From: Octopus bimaculoides
Lineage: Eukaryota
Length of the DNA: 64,000 bases
Reading direction: 5' to 3'
NCBI RefSeq assembly: GCF_001194135.2
Contig: NC_068982.1
Coordinates: forward strand, 70,043,943-70,107,942
Part shown: positions 54,701 through 64,000 of the stretch, piece by piece
Layout of the letters: each line of letters starts with the position of its first letter
How positions within the stretch are numbered: position 1 is the first letter of the stretch
Program-made: the position numbers and the translations under genes
The notes under the pieces: model-generated
What the model saw: only the letters and a program-made list of their open reading frames with translations
What the model was told of the DNA's origin: nothing
The model's database searches: none

Positions 54701-57700
54701 CAATAAAGTCAAGAACCACATACTGAAGTTGGTCTAGTAAAGGATAAAAATCACTGAACTAACCAGGGTTAACCAACACTAAAGACAACAGAAACACAAA
54801 ATCTAGTTCCAGTCATTCATTTGGTTACATTGTTCAAAACAAAAATTTCTTTTGAGAATCCTATGACATTACAAAAAAAAGATACGAAATTTTTTTTTTT
54901 TTATTTTAAATTATTTCATTTACTAAGAAAGAAAAATGTCCCATTCATAGTTGAACAGGAAAATATGATAAAGAAATTTAATATTTATTGTGTGTGTGTG
55001 TGTGTGTGTGCACACTAAGCTAGAATATTTTAAAAGTGCATCAGCAGCAATATTATGGCTGTAATATTACTACTGCTTCAGACAATGTAGTACGGAAGAG
55101 GCTGGTGCTAAAAAGCATATAGAAGAATCAATTAATCAATAAAAGACAGGTGGTTCAAAAAAAGAGTATGAGAAAGCAGAAATACAAGTGAGCATCTGAG
55201 TGGGTGGGGGTTAAAAATTGGGGATGAAAAAAGAAGTGAAGGAGGGGAAAATATATCTTAAATGTTGAAACATGTTTCGGTCAGAAGAGAACTTGTGAGT
55301 AATGGAAGCACATATGCTTTCCAAATGTTGAAAATAAGCAATTAAAAAAAAAAATAGATAATGCGTTACTGAACTTTTTAGATGTTATTGAAGTAACTTT
55401 TGTGAACTAATATTATTGTAGTTGATAGAAACAATCTTTTATACTATTCAGGAAAGATTCTACAACAGTACAGACTCTTATATACAATCACATGTTTCTT
55501 AACATTACATTATGAATAAATCATGATACACTGGTTGATTATAAAACGAATCTTTTTTTCCCTCATTTTCCTTCTTTTGTTTTCTTTTTCCACTAGTGCA
55601 ACAGAAACATTAAAGCAAATGTTATTGGGTTTGTAAATATTGAGAAAAAAAAAATCATTAATATTTTGGTTGACATTTCTGAGTTCATGTATGTGCGCAT
55701 GCACACACTCACATACATTGCACATTTGTCATGTTGCAAGTAAAAAAAAGACTTATAGCTGTTCAAAGTACACCTGCAACAGTGCACACAGAGTATATAT
55801 ATATGAATTTCAATACATCTGGTATTGAATAGCTGATCAATATTGATTATTACATACCTAAATACCAACTTGAAAACATAGCATGATTCAGATGACATAA
55901 AGTATGTGTAAATAAGTGAAAAGTACCTGCGCTGGTGCCACATAAAAAGTGGTTGTAAAGTGGTTGGCATTAGGAAGAGCATCTAGCCATAGAAACCGTT
56001 CCAAAATGGACAACTGGAACTTGGTACAGCTCTTCAGCTTGCCAGTTCCTGTCAAACTATCCAACCCATGCCAGCATGGAAAACAAGCACTTAATGATTA
56101 TGATGATGTGTTTTTATATATATGAGTATGTGTATAGACATACATATCTGTATGCACTCACACATTTATATTTAACAAAGACTTTAATACGCTCAATAAA
56201 CTCTAATAAAAATAATAAATGTAAGGAGTCCCACTATAAGTAAATATATTTTGTTTTTTTACAAAAGTTAACCAACAATACCATATAGATGCAATTATAC
56301 ACACACATGCACAAACACTAAGAAACATACATATGTACATGCACACATTTATATGTACAGACATATGCATATACACACACACTCATATTGACGCATATAC
56401 TTGTGGATGTATGTGAATACTTACACTTACACACCATCAAACATACATTCTTTTTAATCATCAGACAGTGAATGTCATAATCAAGAGGTGGATTAACGAA
56501 GGATATTGTCCAGTGATAAAGAGATCAAGGAGGCTGTAAAAAATTTCTGAGTGAGCAAAGTGGACAGTTACAAGGGAAGTGATAAAATATTAACATGCAA
56601 CTGTTAGAGAGATTGCAAATTCTATTAAGAGTGAAGAGTTGCAAGAAACAAGCCAATGATTTCGAAAGCCAATAAGACCACAAATTATTCAAGTGGGCTA
56701 CAAAATTCTACAGTAAGAAAGACAAGTTTTGTTTGTGAATGTTGTCTCATGAAAGCCAATGTTTTCAATTCAAGGTCGATCTCTGTGTGAGAACAACAAA
56801 AGTGAAATAAGGTGAGATTGATTGCAAGGCAAAGTTAAACATGGAGGAGTTGAAGTAATGGTATGAGGAGGTGGGGTAACTTAGTTAACAGACATATCAG
56901 AGCTGAATTTTTGTTGAAAATAATATAAAAGGCCCAAAATACTGTCAAATAGTTGAAATGGCTTTAGGCTTATTATCTATCTATTCCAATGCTGCAAAAA
57001 CAAAAACAAAAAAAAATGAAAAGAGGACTCTTTTTCAAAGATGTAACTCCAATGCCATATAAGTAAGGTAGCATAAGTATGGTAAAGAACACTCAGAATA
57101 GAATCTCTGAAAAGAGTTACTCAAGGCCTCAATATTAATCCAAAAGAATACATAGGGAGATATCTTGAGACAAGATTGCGAGATCAATGGCAATTAGATT
57201 GATCCGCAGAGCTGAAAGAAGCATTGGCATATCACTCAGTCATGGATGAATTAATTCTGTGCCTAACCAATTGAAAGCTATGACATTAGTTAAAGAAGGG
57301 ACTACAAAATTCTGAAACAAATTGATTCACAAAGTTATTCCATTGCATTATATTACCTTAGATATAAAGTTACGATAAACTCGTGTGTGTGTGTAAAGAG
57401 AGAGACATAGTAGCAGAAGTAGTAAGTGTCATATGGCTGAAGAGCTAAGCAGTTTGCATGCAACAATGAGGTCCCTTTCAATCCCAAAATAGAGCACCTT
57501 GGGCAAATGCTACTCTGTATAGCCACAAGTCATCTGAAACCTTGTGAGAAAAACTGGGTTGAGAAGAACAGTATACAGCCTCCCCCCAGTTGGTCTATAC
57601 ATGTAATTCAAAATGTACAGCTTTGCCACAAATGTATCACACTGCTTCTGACTAAAAATTACATAGAGGGTATGTGGACATGTCTTCTGAATGATCAACC

Positions 57701-57773
57701 ACTTACACAATAGTTCAGGAGCAGGTAATTCAGTCAATATAACAGCTCAATCCTCATAACTGAACATCAATCA

Positions 57774-57809
<36 letters not shown>

Positions 57810-60638
57810 NNNNNNNNNNNNNNNNNNNNNNNNNNNNNNNNNNNNNNNNNNNNNNNNNNNNNNNNNNNNNNNNNNNNNNNNNNNNNNNNNNNNNNNNNNN
57901 NNNNNNNNNTCAGGGCTAAATGGATGCCCAGAAGACAACCAGCATAGAGAAGGGTCTGGAAGCTTAAATATTCTGTGAATGGACAGAGATTTAGAGATGT
58001 ATTACTCAAAGCTTTTGATGAAATAGAGGGGGATATAGCTTCACATGATGTGGAAGACAACTGGAAGTTTCTACAGGACAACCTGCTGAGAGCAACTGAC
58101 CAGATCTGTGGATGGTGCAAAGTCCCCTTCTTGACCCAAGGTAACATGGTGGTGGAACAATGTTGTTGACAGGGCCATTGGGGAAAAGAAACAGGCTTGG
58201 AACAACTGGAAGAACAGTGGTATCAGGGAATTGTATCAGACTGCCAGAAGGGAAGCTAGGAGACAGGTTTATTTAGGCAGAGGGGAAGTAGATAAGAAAT
58301 ACCAAAGACTTGAGGTATTTCATGTTGCAAGACAGTGTGTGAGAGAGAATCATGATGTCATAGGAGAGAAATGTGTCTGCATGGATGATGGTTCGCTTGC
58401 ATTAAACAAGGCTGCAAAGAGAGAGGTTTGGAGACACTACTATGAAAGGTTGCTAAATAAAGAGAATGAATGGGAGAAAGAGAGTCTGCCGAATACCAAC
58501 CCAACAGAGGGACCAGCTATCCGAATTGACAGTACCTTGGTAGATAAAGCAATTAAGGGTATGAAGACAGGGAAAGCCCCCGGCCCATCAGGAATCACCA
58601 CAGAGATGCTCAAAATATCTGGCGATGTTGGCTATAGCCTAGTCACCTGTATAGTCAACCAGGTGATACATGAAGGAGTCATACCCAATGACTGGTGTAG
58701 CAGTATCATAGTCAACGGCTACATAGGTAAAGGTATTGTGAACTTCTTTCTGTCAGTAATTTATTATTGTTGCTGTTGTTTGCGAATAGCAATTGAAAAC
58801 TTACAGTGAAAACAATAGCGATTGAACTTAAAGGGAAAGCAATAGCATTTGAAGAATGAAAGTGAAAACAATAGAGATTGAGTGAGATATAGAGAGGGGG
58901 GGAGCAAGAGAGAGCTAGATAGTTAGAAAAATAAGATAGGTATAGATAGATAAGATATATAGATAGATAGATAGATATAGACGTCACTGACACTAGAAAA
59001 CTGGAAGTAAATGCTTTTAAAAACTTTCAAACACGTGAATGTGTAATATAAAAAGCAATATTTTTTCTTTTTAATTTGAAAAAATCAAATGGAGAGCCTG
59101 AAATGTGTCCGAGGTCAAATTATTCATGCATTAGAAGTATGGAAGCAATTGGTGAAACTGTTTTTGTGTGAGAAGCAAATACACATCTTTATTTTATATA
59201 TTAGATGAGATTGTGATAATTTTTTTGAGCAATAGATGTAAGGGAGACAATCAATTTCTGAAAGTTACTTTGCAAATAGTTATCTCCCTTCTCCACATAA
59301 CCCAGAAATAGGTGCTGTAACTTATTAACCAGAAATAGGAGCCTGTAACTCATTATGTGATAGATTTTTAAGAGACAAAAACCACCCCTGGATCGTAAGC
59401 AACGTATGCTCCTAGTTTGGAGAAAATCAATTGAAAAATATGGCCATTATAATATTTTACACATACACACACGCACACACCTACACACAGAGAACGGGAT
59501 TTATATTTTAGATACATAGCATTGAAACCAGCCATATATGACCCAAATATTCTATCTGCTTAGTATTTAAACTGGACAGATCTGGCCTCTCACACCTGCC
59601 CAACTATGTCATTCAAAAAATTAACAATTACATCATCAGAATATCAGATATGAGATAATATACAATTTAAGACAATGTGAATAAATATGCCTGACATTTG
59701 ACAGAGTAATCTGAATACTAAAAGGTTAACACAAAATTGAAGAAAGCACTCACTACTTTTCAATAGAGTATCATATTTTTATTTGTAAAGGAAAGGTTGA
59801 CAATGTCCTCAAAGTTTCAGCTTATTGTCAGTAGACAGCGACAGTTTACACATAGACATGTGTACATAGATGTACACACACAATTTCTCATAATTTTTCC
59901 ATTTCTTTTTCCATGCTGGTATGGAATAAATGAAACTTTATTCAGGCACAATTCTTACATCCACATGCTCTTCCTGTTGCTAGCCCTTACTTTCAGTTTT
60001 TATCTACCAAATCCACTCAAGACAACTTGCCCAAGGTGCCATGCAGTGAGATCAAATCTGAAACCACATGGTTGGGAAGCAAACCCCTTAACTACACAAC
60101 AATGCCTGTGCACACATACACACACACAGACAAATACTTTAAATAATTGACATTAGAATTTACATAAATACAGTTATTAGCTTACAGTTATTTCAACTAA
60201 GAAAGCAACAGAGATAAGATTTAGTAATAGGTGCTGCTATAAGTTCTCATAGCCTGGTTAAGTTGTACGCTAATGAGTATAATTACATATTTCTTGTTCT
60301 GATGTCATTTATTATTTGATATTTTGCCCTATATGATACGAGTCTGGACGATATATTGATATGAGCCTGGATGAGAGGATAAAAGTCACACTGCTTTGAA
60401 ATAGGAGCTTTGTAGAAAACAGTATAATTACAAGTATACTAAGTTTCAACAACCAGTTACTCATTTTGCTATGATATAGCAGAAAGAATATGTGTGTGTG
60501 TGTCTCTGTGAGTGTTTATTATAACTATGTATGTATGCATTATAAAGCATGTTTATGTACGTGTCTGTGTGTGTTATAAAGTGTATTTATGCACGTGTGT
60601 ATGTATATAGATATATACACATAAAGTATGTACATATG

Positions 60639-60689
<51 letters not shown>

Positions 60690-61019
60690 AAACACTCACA
60701 CACACACACGTTTGTGTGTGTAAATATATATAAACAAATTATACTTTGTTTCCTCAGTAGATAGGATATCAATCCATGAAGGATTTCTTAAAAAAAAAAA
60801 ACACACTGACAGACAACTATTATCAGATGTTTTTTTAGCTACCAGGTAGTATTGATAGTAATGTTGTAACTTATAACCTTTCATTCTATCAATCAAGGTT
60901 TACATAACCTAACGAAGACATTTTAATCACAGTCTGAAGTTAAAAATGATACAAGAACTTACCGGTACTGCTCTTGCTCCACAGGAGGTGAAGGTGGAAT
61001 GTCTGTGTTTGAGGAGACG
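18033..61019 (-). CDS. FAM13A: FAM13A/B-family protein, 3' portion (12 coding exons in window; 5' exons beyond 64000)
   Basis: Manual exon chain with GT-AG ends and consistent phases, 1129 nt: [98 protein letters not shown]...TLESIIKKLKEKRRDARRPEELE-LMSRDEIQEEKLAIQKSLLHFEGIHGRP-SSKISKDLMRPLYNHYRLVKRMLAKPAS-PRDTTELQTVPEDQ...-WKKTVHV...LHEMTI-PQLQEELTKTRVEKRKLRKILRDFENEFLSQNGR-KVQKEDKIPLQEDYQEYK-QVKARLRLLEALLSKYQQQKL*. These match remembered human FAM13A motifs (EVPPSPP, IQSLKKKIRKFE, PSHSDK, EKRAESSRPED, HGRP, PLYDRYRLVK, NGRNVQKED, KAKLRLLE). A/B paralog not distinguishable. Confidence 0.93.
18882..18936 (-). CDS. FAM13A: FAM13 exon k (55 nt): KVQKEDKIPLQEDYQEYK
   Basis: Acceptor atttatttttccag|, donor |gtaagg. 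Confidence 0.93.
20775..21050 (+). mobile_element. Retroposon 3'-end family D with an internal 23-24-bp tandem array (others at about 8095-8265, 19215-19415, 23030-23215, 55915-56105; reverse at 25170-25320, 35880-36080, 36900-37100, 47040-47280)
   Basis: aaaagcacccagcacac.ctgtaaagtggttggcattaggaagggcatccag.tgtagaaaccatgcc...aacccatgccagcatgga..(gat)n. Five aaaag.gcccatg units at 20780-20895. Confidence 0.75.
21736..21968 (+). mobile_element. SINE family B nested in another repeat, 14-bp TSD
   Basis: ggcagcgagctggcagaatcattagcacgccggg...gagttcaaattccgcc; TSD tatttatggaagac at 21722-21735 and 21969-21982. Confidence 0.88.
22282..22383 (-). CDS. FAM13A: FAM13 exon j (102 nt): PQLQEELTKTRVEKRKLRKILRDFENEFLSQNG
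   Basis: Acceptor gttatttcag|, donor |gtaagt; phase 2-2. Confidence 0.93.
24284..24504 (-). CDS. FAM13A: FAM13 exon i (221 nt): WKKTVHVPTAEMEDD...QEATLHEMT
   Basis: Acceptor ctcttttgtcttaaag|, donor |gtaagt, phase 2 out; overlaps track ORF 24280..24486. Confidence 0.88.
24664..25048 (-). mobile_element. Full-length tRNA-derived SINE (family A) with 17-bp TSD
   Basis: Head ggaggcgcaatggcccagtggttagggcagcggactcg with A/B-box-like motifs, (caa)n tail, TSD ttgcaaaaggagaatgt at 24647-24663 and 25049-25065. Confidence 0.9.
25985..26731. repeat. Purine-only (GAG/GAA) compound repeat with a 16-bp unit gaggaggaggaagaaa, spanning an N gap
   Basis: Read directly on both sides of gap 26122-26577. Confidence 0.95.
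26806..26892 (-). CDS. FAM13A: FAM13 exon h (87 nt): PRDTTELQTVPEDQPFELTAGVSTSARPL
   Basis: Acceptor tttcttatttaaatacag|, donor |gtaagt; LQTVPE resembles FAM13A LQPIIE. Confidence 0.85.
27655..27985 (-). mobile_element. Young SINE family C copy (others at about 2377-2520, 8270-8430, 8700-9060, 18410-18560, 19995-20150, 22590-22965, 29365-29730, 45405-45560, 59985-60105)
   Basis: Shared core gtggttaagaagtttgcttcccaaccacatggtt...gggcaagtgtcttctactatagc...gtggatttggtagacggaaactgaaagaagcc. This copy retains many CpGs and ends at the N gap. Confidence 0.85.
28108..29030 (-). mobile_element. Four head-to-tail SINE family B copies with (AAT)n spacers
   Basis: Recurrent caactggtacttattttat...gaaaggatgaaaggcaaagtc...gattctgccag units at about 28108-28317, 28387-28598, 28641-28850 and 28850-29030. 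Confidence 0.8.
29277..29870. mobile_element. hAT (Charlie-like) MITE interrupted by a SINE C insertion
   Basis: Ends gagtggttctcaac / gttgaaaactactg; 8-bp flanks aactaaat and atctaaac match at 6/8. Confidence 0.6.
31005..31088 (-). CDS. FAM13A: FAM13 exon g (84 nt): SSKISKDLMRPLYNHYRLVKRMLAKPAS
   Basis: Acceptor ttttccactttttag|, donor |gtatgt. Confidence 0.93.
32949..33158. mobile_element. TTAA-ended MITE family 2
   Basis: ttaatcccttgcagacgg ... ccatctacaaggggttaa, an imperfect 18-bp inverted repeat including TTAA. Confidence 0.65.
33429..33770. repeat. Foldback: about 125-bp inverted arms around a core containing hammerhead-like motifs
   Basis: 33429-33557 is the reverse complement of 33646-33770 at roughly 80% identity by eye (atcacttttaag...tatagaaattatagccagca...aatgaga.caaagatgaaaaaagggta). 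Confidence 0.85.
33830..34429 (-). mobile_element. Internally deleted mariner (Tc1/mariner) DNA transposon, 600 bp
   Basis: 30-bp TIRs ttgggttgtccggaaagtt(ca/tg)tgccgattt (28/30 identical), TA on both sides. Frameshifted transposase N-terminus (FRKGKNASQATKEIC...ERNVRKWFARFQAGD...RSGRPS, then DDNQIK...TTRELAESLNLSKSVV...WVPHELSE). No DD34D catalytic domain. Confidence 0.93.
35164..35247 (-). CDS. FAM13A: FAM13 exon f (84 nt): LMSRDEIQEEKLAIQKSLLHFEGIHGRP
   Basis: Acceptor cttcttatttcag|, donor |gtaagt. Confidence 0.93.
35560..35835 (-). mobile_element. Older SINE sharing the family A 3' tail but with a different head
   Basis: gggttccagttgatttgatcaacagaacagc...gctgagcactccac matches the family A tail; the head (gtggttaggatatttggc...gagttcaattcc) differs. 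Confidence 0.7.
36560..36729 (-). CDS. FAM13A: FAM13 exon e (170 nt): [14 protein letters not shown]...KEKRRDARRPEELE
   Basis: Poly-T acceptor ...ttttgtatag|, donor |gtaaca; overlaps track ORF 36527..36709. Confidence 0.92.
37571..37682. repeat. 23-bp minisatellite, about 5 copies
   Basis: catccatacatgtgcacatctgc / catccatgcatgtgtacaccttc / catccatgcatgtgcacacctgc / aactcacacatgtgcacaccttt / cactcatgcatgcacacacc. Confidence 0.85.
38095..38319. promoter_or_regulatory. Intronic CpG-rich promoter-like element
   Basis: About 14 CpGs in 220 bp; inverted 12-mer ccatcacgtgac (38168-38179) / gtcacgtgatgg (38258-38269) containing E-boxes; CCAAT at 38237-38241; TATATATA at 38307-38314. Confidence 0.45.
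38320..38764. other. Assembly gap (other gaps at 26122-26577, 27986-27995, 44318-44327, 51742-52489, 57810-57910)
   Basis: Runs of N. Confidence 1.
39166..39247 (-). CDS. FAM13A: FAM13 exon d (82 nt): [27 protein letters not shown]
   Basis: Acceptor tttcattgcag|, donor |gtaaag; contained in track ORF 39101..39301. Confidence 0.92.
39768..39816 (-). ncRNA. Degenerate hammerhead-like motif in a Penelope-like repeat end
   Basis: gacac-CTGATGA-a-ggctg(gagggtatat)cagct-GAAA-catgtt; intact core and stem II, damaged 3' arm of stem I. Confidence 0.5.
40413..40471 (-). CDS. FAM13A: FAM13 exon c (59 nt): [19 protein letters not shown]
   Basis: Acceptor ttttttaatgttactag|, donor |gtaagt; phase 1 in, phase 0 out. 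Confidence 0.92.
43158..43219 (-). CDS. FAM13A: FAM13 exon b (62 nt): [20 protein letters not shown]
   Basis: Acceptor ttttcttttccctccag|, donor |gtaagt; phase 2 in, phase 1 out. Confidence 0.9.
46343..46530 (+). mobile_element. 5' fragment of a second mariner family
   Basis: Follows a (TA)n run; starts with TIR-like aggtgcattcaaaaaagtatc and contains ATGACTGAACACATTGAGCAGAGA (MTEHIEQR), resembling mariner transposase starts. Confidence 0.5.
48332..48563. mobile_element. TTAA-ended MITE family 3; related copies at about 12051-12272, 34445-34590 and 34680-34905
   Basis: Degenerate ttaa(c)cctttc.ttac / gtaacaaaggagttaa ends with shared interior (ttaataat...ttattttactaaattcttc). Confidence 0.55.
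52820..52972. repeat. Inverted repeat / hairpin
   Basis: 52820-52860 versus the reverse complement of 52932-52972 matches 36/41; further partial pairing inside. Confidence 0.85.
56490..56585 (+). mobile_element. Degenerate mariner transposase C-terminal fragment
   Basis: Translates as LSSDKEIKEAVKNF, resembling the mariner FxSDEEVKEAV motif. Confidence 0.3.
57911..58735 (+). mobile_element. RTE-clade LINE fragment (post-endonuclease linker up to the start of RT), frameshifted
   Basis: Track ORFs 57975..58169 and 58231..58809: WKFLQDNLLRATDQICG, WWNN, YYERLLNKENEW, AIKGMKTGKAPGPSGITTEMLK, IPNDWCSSIIV..YIGKG. Breaks off before the RT core; left end abuts an N gap. Confidence 0.9.
58780..58980. 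repeat. Degenerate gaaaacaatagcgattgaa repeats followed by (GATA)n
   Basis: Read directly, just after the LINE fragment. Confidence 0.7.
60963..61019 (-). CDS. FAM13A: FAM13 exon a (57 nt, phase 2-2): [18 protein letters not shown]
   Basis: Acceptor tcttcttctatccag|, donor |gtaagt; matches the FAM13A PPSPP motif. Confidence 0.85.
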
Positions 61020-61818
61020 CTGGATAGAAGAAGAATAGATGTTTGGTTTGAACATAACAGGAACATGAAGGTTTTTATCAAATAAATCTTTAATCATTTA
61101 AAATATCTAAGTTTTTCTCAGTAGTGTGGGTTTTTAAAATTTTTTTATTTACTTTTTTTTTTGCACAACACACTGTTGGCAGAGGAAGTCACAAAACACA
61201 AATTTTGTGCCTTGCACTACACAAAACACCACTGAAAGTGTAAGTACTACAAATCATTGAAAAAATATACAACCACATTAGCCTAGCTCATACTATTTCA
61301 TTTAGCAGAATGCAAAGATTCATACAAGAATGCAGAATTTCCATTTACATCTCAATGGTAGTTAAAACTTGCTAAGACTTATTATTTTTAACTTTGTAAT
61401 TAAGACTAATACACTATTATTAATGTAACATACATGCATATCAATTCAGATTCCCTTATATATGTGCATGTGCATACACACACAAATAAGCAAGAGGAGG
61501 AGGCAGGGCAAATGGACTGGAATGAAATATCTCCACCCTGCAAAACAATGCAGTTATGCTTAAGAACATGAGGAATAAGGAATTTTTGCAGGAATAGTTA
61601 GCAAACAGAGTATTAAAAAAGGAAAAGGAAAAAAAAAATTGAAACAATTAATTCAAAATGATTATGGCTGTTAAGAAAAGCAGATAAATATACACAAATG
61701 TACATAAAACTAAAACTCTCAGGACTGGAAATGCAATTTACATACACACACACATGCATGTGTATTTACATACACAGAGATGAGTGTGTGTGTGTGTGTG
61801 CATATGTATATAGATATC

Positions 61819-61878
<60 letters not shown>

Positions 61879-62380
61879 CATATTATATATTCTTAGTATA
61901 TATTCTTAGTATCCAACAGATCATAATGTAAACCTTGTATTGTCCTTTTTCATGCCCTGATGATTTTCCTCCCAAGGTATTTTGAAATGCAAAATTATAT
62001 ATTTATATATGTTTTGTAGTTTAAATTGGATGCGAAATGAAACAATTGTAGGTGAAGATGTTAACTAATTCATAAATTAATTTGTATCCATTAGATCTCT
62101 CCATTTTCAAACTGAATAATAAAATGTGATATTTTATGATATTTCATATAATATATTCATTGAAGAAATATCTCTTCAAAATACAATATATTAAACCAGT
62201 GTATCTTAGATAAAAAAAATATCCCTATAAGAGGTCTACATATCCTCACTTATGTAAACCTCCTTTATTACTTAAAAAAAGGGTGTGAACCTTCTGTCCG
62301 GCATTCGTCATGATAGATCGCTGACCACTACATTTATATTTTTTTTCTCCTTGTTTCTCTCCTTATTTCTTTCTGTGTTC

Positions 62381-62415
62381 CTTTCAGTTGAAGAGCGTAG
62401 CTCGAAACGTCAAAG
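62381..62415 (+). ncRNA. Minimal type I hammerhead-ribozyme-like motif (variant core)
   Basis: cttt-CAGTTGA-a-gagc(gta)gctc-GAAA-cgt-C-aaag: stems I, II and palindromic III all pair, but the core deviates from CUGANGA at two positions. Confidence 0.5.
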
Positions 62416-62742
62416 ACTTTCTCTATTCCCGAGCTTTAAACTAATACATCCATTTGTTGTTTACACCACCTGTCCTTGTCTGTTGTTTTTTTCGCAAATT
62501 CTCCCATATATCTTTGTGTGTGTGTGAAATAAATACCACAAGACATCTTGCTTGACTTTCTAACAGTTCCCCCAACCCACCATCCAAGATTGGTATTTTA
62601 TCACATATTTCAAAAGGATGAAAAGCAAAGTTGGCTTCAGTGGGATTTAAAAAATATTTTTTTAAAATATAATTAAACAACAAAAGATTCTAAAGCATAT
62701 TTCAAAATATTAGCAAATTGAGAAACAAATTAATTCAGTTCA

Positions 62743-62811
62743 CATCTATTTATTTAGCATTTATTTATTTAGCATTTATTTATTTAGCATCTATTCACTT
62801 AGCATTTATTT
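62743..62811. repeat. 15-bp tandem repeat catttatttatttag, about 4.5 copies
   Basis: Read directly. Confidence 0.9.
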
Positions 62812-64000
62812 CCAGATGAAAGCACAAAAGTTAAGTAGAGTTGTCAGGCATATTAGTTCAAGGATTGGAATTAGAAACTAGAAAACAGCATTAACTTAGT
62901 ATATTTCCTTTTCACATTATAAAATAAATAAAAGGAGAAATAAGCAGAAATGGCAATGACAGCAAAAATAAGAATTGAAAATTGAGCTGGGTAAACAAAT
63001 AACAGCGCAGAGTAATGGACTAGGTTATCATAATGATCATTAATATAAATGCACCACAAAACACCAACATAATAGGAGAGAGATCATCATGCTACAACAG
63101 ATCACCACTTTGAGGTGTAGGCAGGTACCACCTAACTTAACATCATCGCCTGGTCTTTAAGTGCCTTTAGGAAAATTAATTCCATTGTAAGCATTCAAAC
63201 CTGCCCCCACCCAATTCCCTTCCCATGTTTTTTTTTCCTTTTGGCACACAATGACTTGTATATGTTCTGAGTGGACATCAGTTGCATCAATCTGAGGAAG
63301 TCAATAATGGTCATGTTCATTGCCCCCCGTTACTCAACCTAAGTTTTGGGAAATTATCTAAATACAAATTCAGTGTATTTTTTATTATCTATGTAGTTTA
63401 AAACAAGAATAACGTAAAATTTACTTTAAAAAAAAATCATGCACAAGGTCTATGCATGCTAGCTACATGTATATATGCATACACATATATGCACAGACCT
63501 TGCAGATAATATCAACCTAAAGGATATGTTTATGAAATTTTGGATTAAAAATTCCATCAATATACATTATTAGCAGATTAAGAAAGTAAAACTACAAACT
63601 ACATGCAGACAAATTCTTAGTTTTTAGATTAAGTTACTTTCTCCAAATAGAATATATATATAGTTGAAAAAAGATTAGAGATCTATACAAATCAAATTTT
63701 TACATATAAAAGATAGATGTGGAAATAGCACAGAAGTAAATCTAAGACATTTCAATTTAAGAAGGAATTTCATAAAAATGATTTTTAAAATTATATTAAG
63801 AAAATATTACCAGTCTTGATGATGAATGTCATCTTATCAAATATCAGTAAAAATCTATAAAAATTTGAAGTAAAAACAGTTTATCTTTTGTCTAGGGTCA
63901 AAACATGTCTAGAGATTTTTCACTGAAGTCTTCTTTGAATGTAGTTTGGTATAGAGTTCAAAGTGTTAGAGGGTAAGAGAAGGGGTGTAGTTGTCTATTG

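Overview
AT-rich (roughly two-thirds A+T by eye), microsatellite- and SINE-dense animal genomic DNA with six N gaps. The repeat families point to a coleoid cephalopod, most likely Octopus; this is inferred from remembered repeat motifs, not from a search. The main gene is the 3' part of a FAM13A/B-family gene on the minus strand. I reconstructed 12 phase-compatible GT-AG coding exons from 61019 down to the TAA at 18033-18035 (1129 nt, about 375 aa). They encode the C-terminal coiled-coil region, and the 5' exons, where FAM13 RhoGAP domains normally lie, are outside the window. At the left end, a weakly supported plus-strand chain of small exons (521-9906) may belong to a second, unidentified gene. 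The rest is intronic or intergenic and contains tRNA-derived SINEs (several with clean TSDs), an RTE LINE fragment, an internally deleted mariner, TTAA-ended and hAT MITEs, foldback hairpins and simple repeats. The most interesting signals are: four degenerate minimal hammerhead-ribozyme-like motifs of Penelope type in FAM13 introns; a CpG-rich promoter-like island with inverted E-boxes inside an intron next to a gap; candidate alternative 5' or poison exons, one in frame with FAM13; and a splice donor overlapping the stop codon. I found no convincing evidence of a wholly new biological system, so these leads are testable hypotheses.
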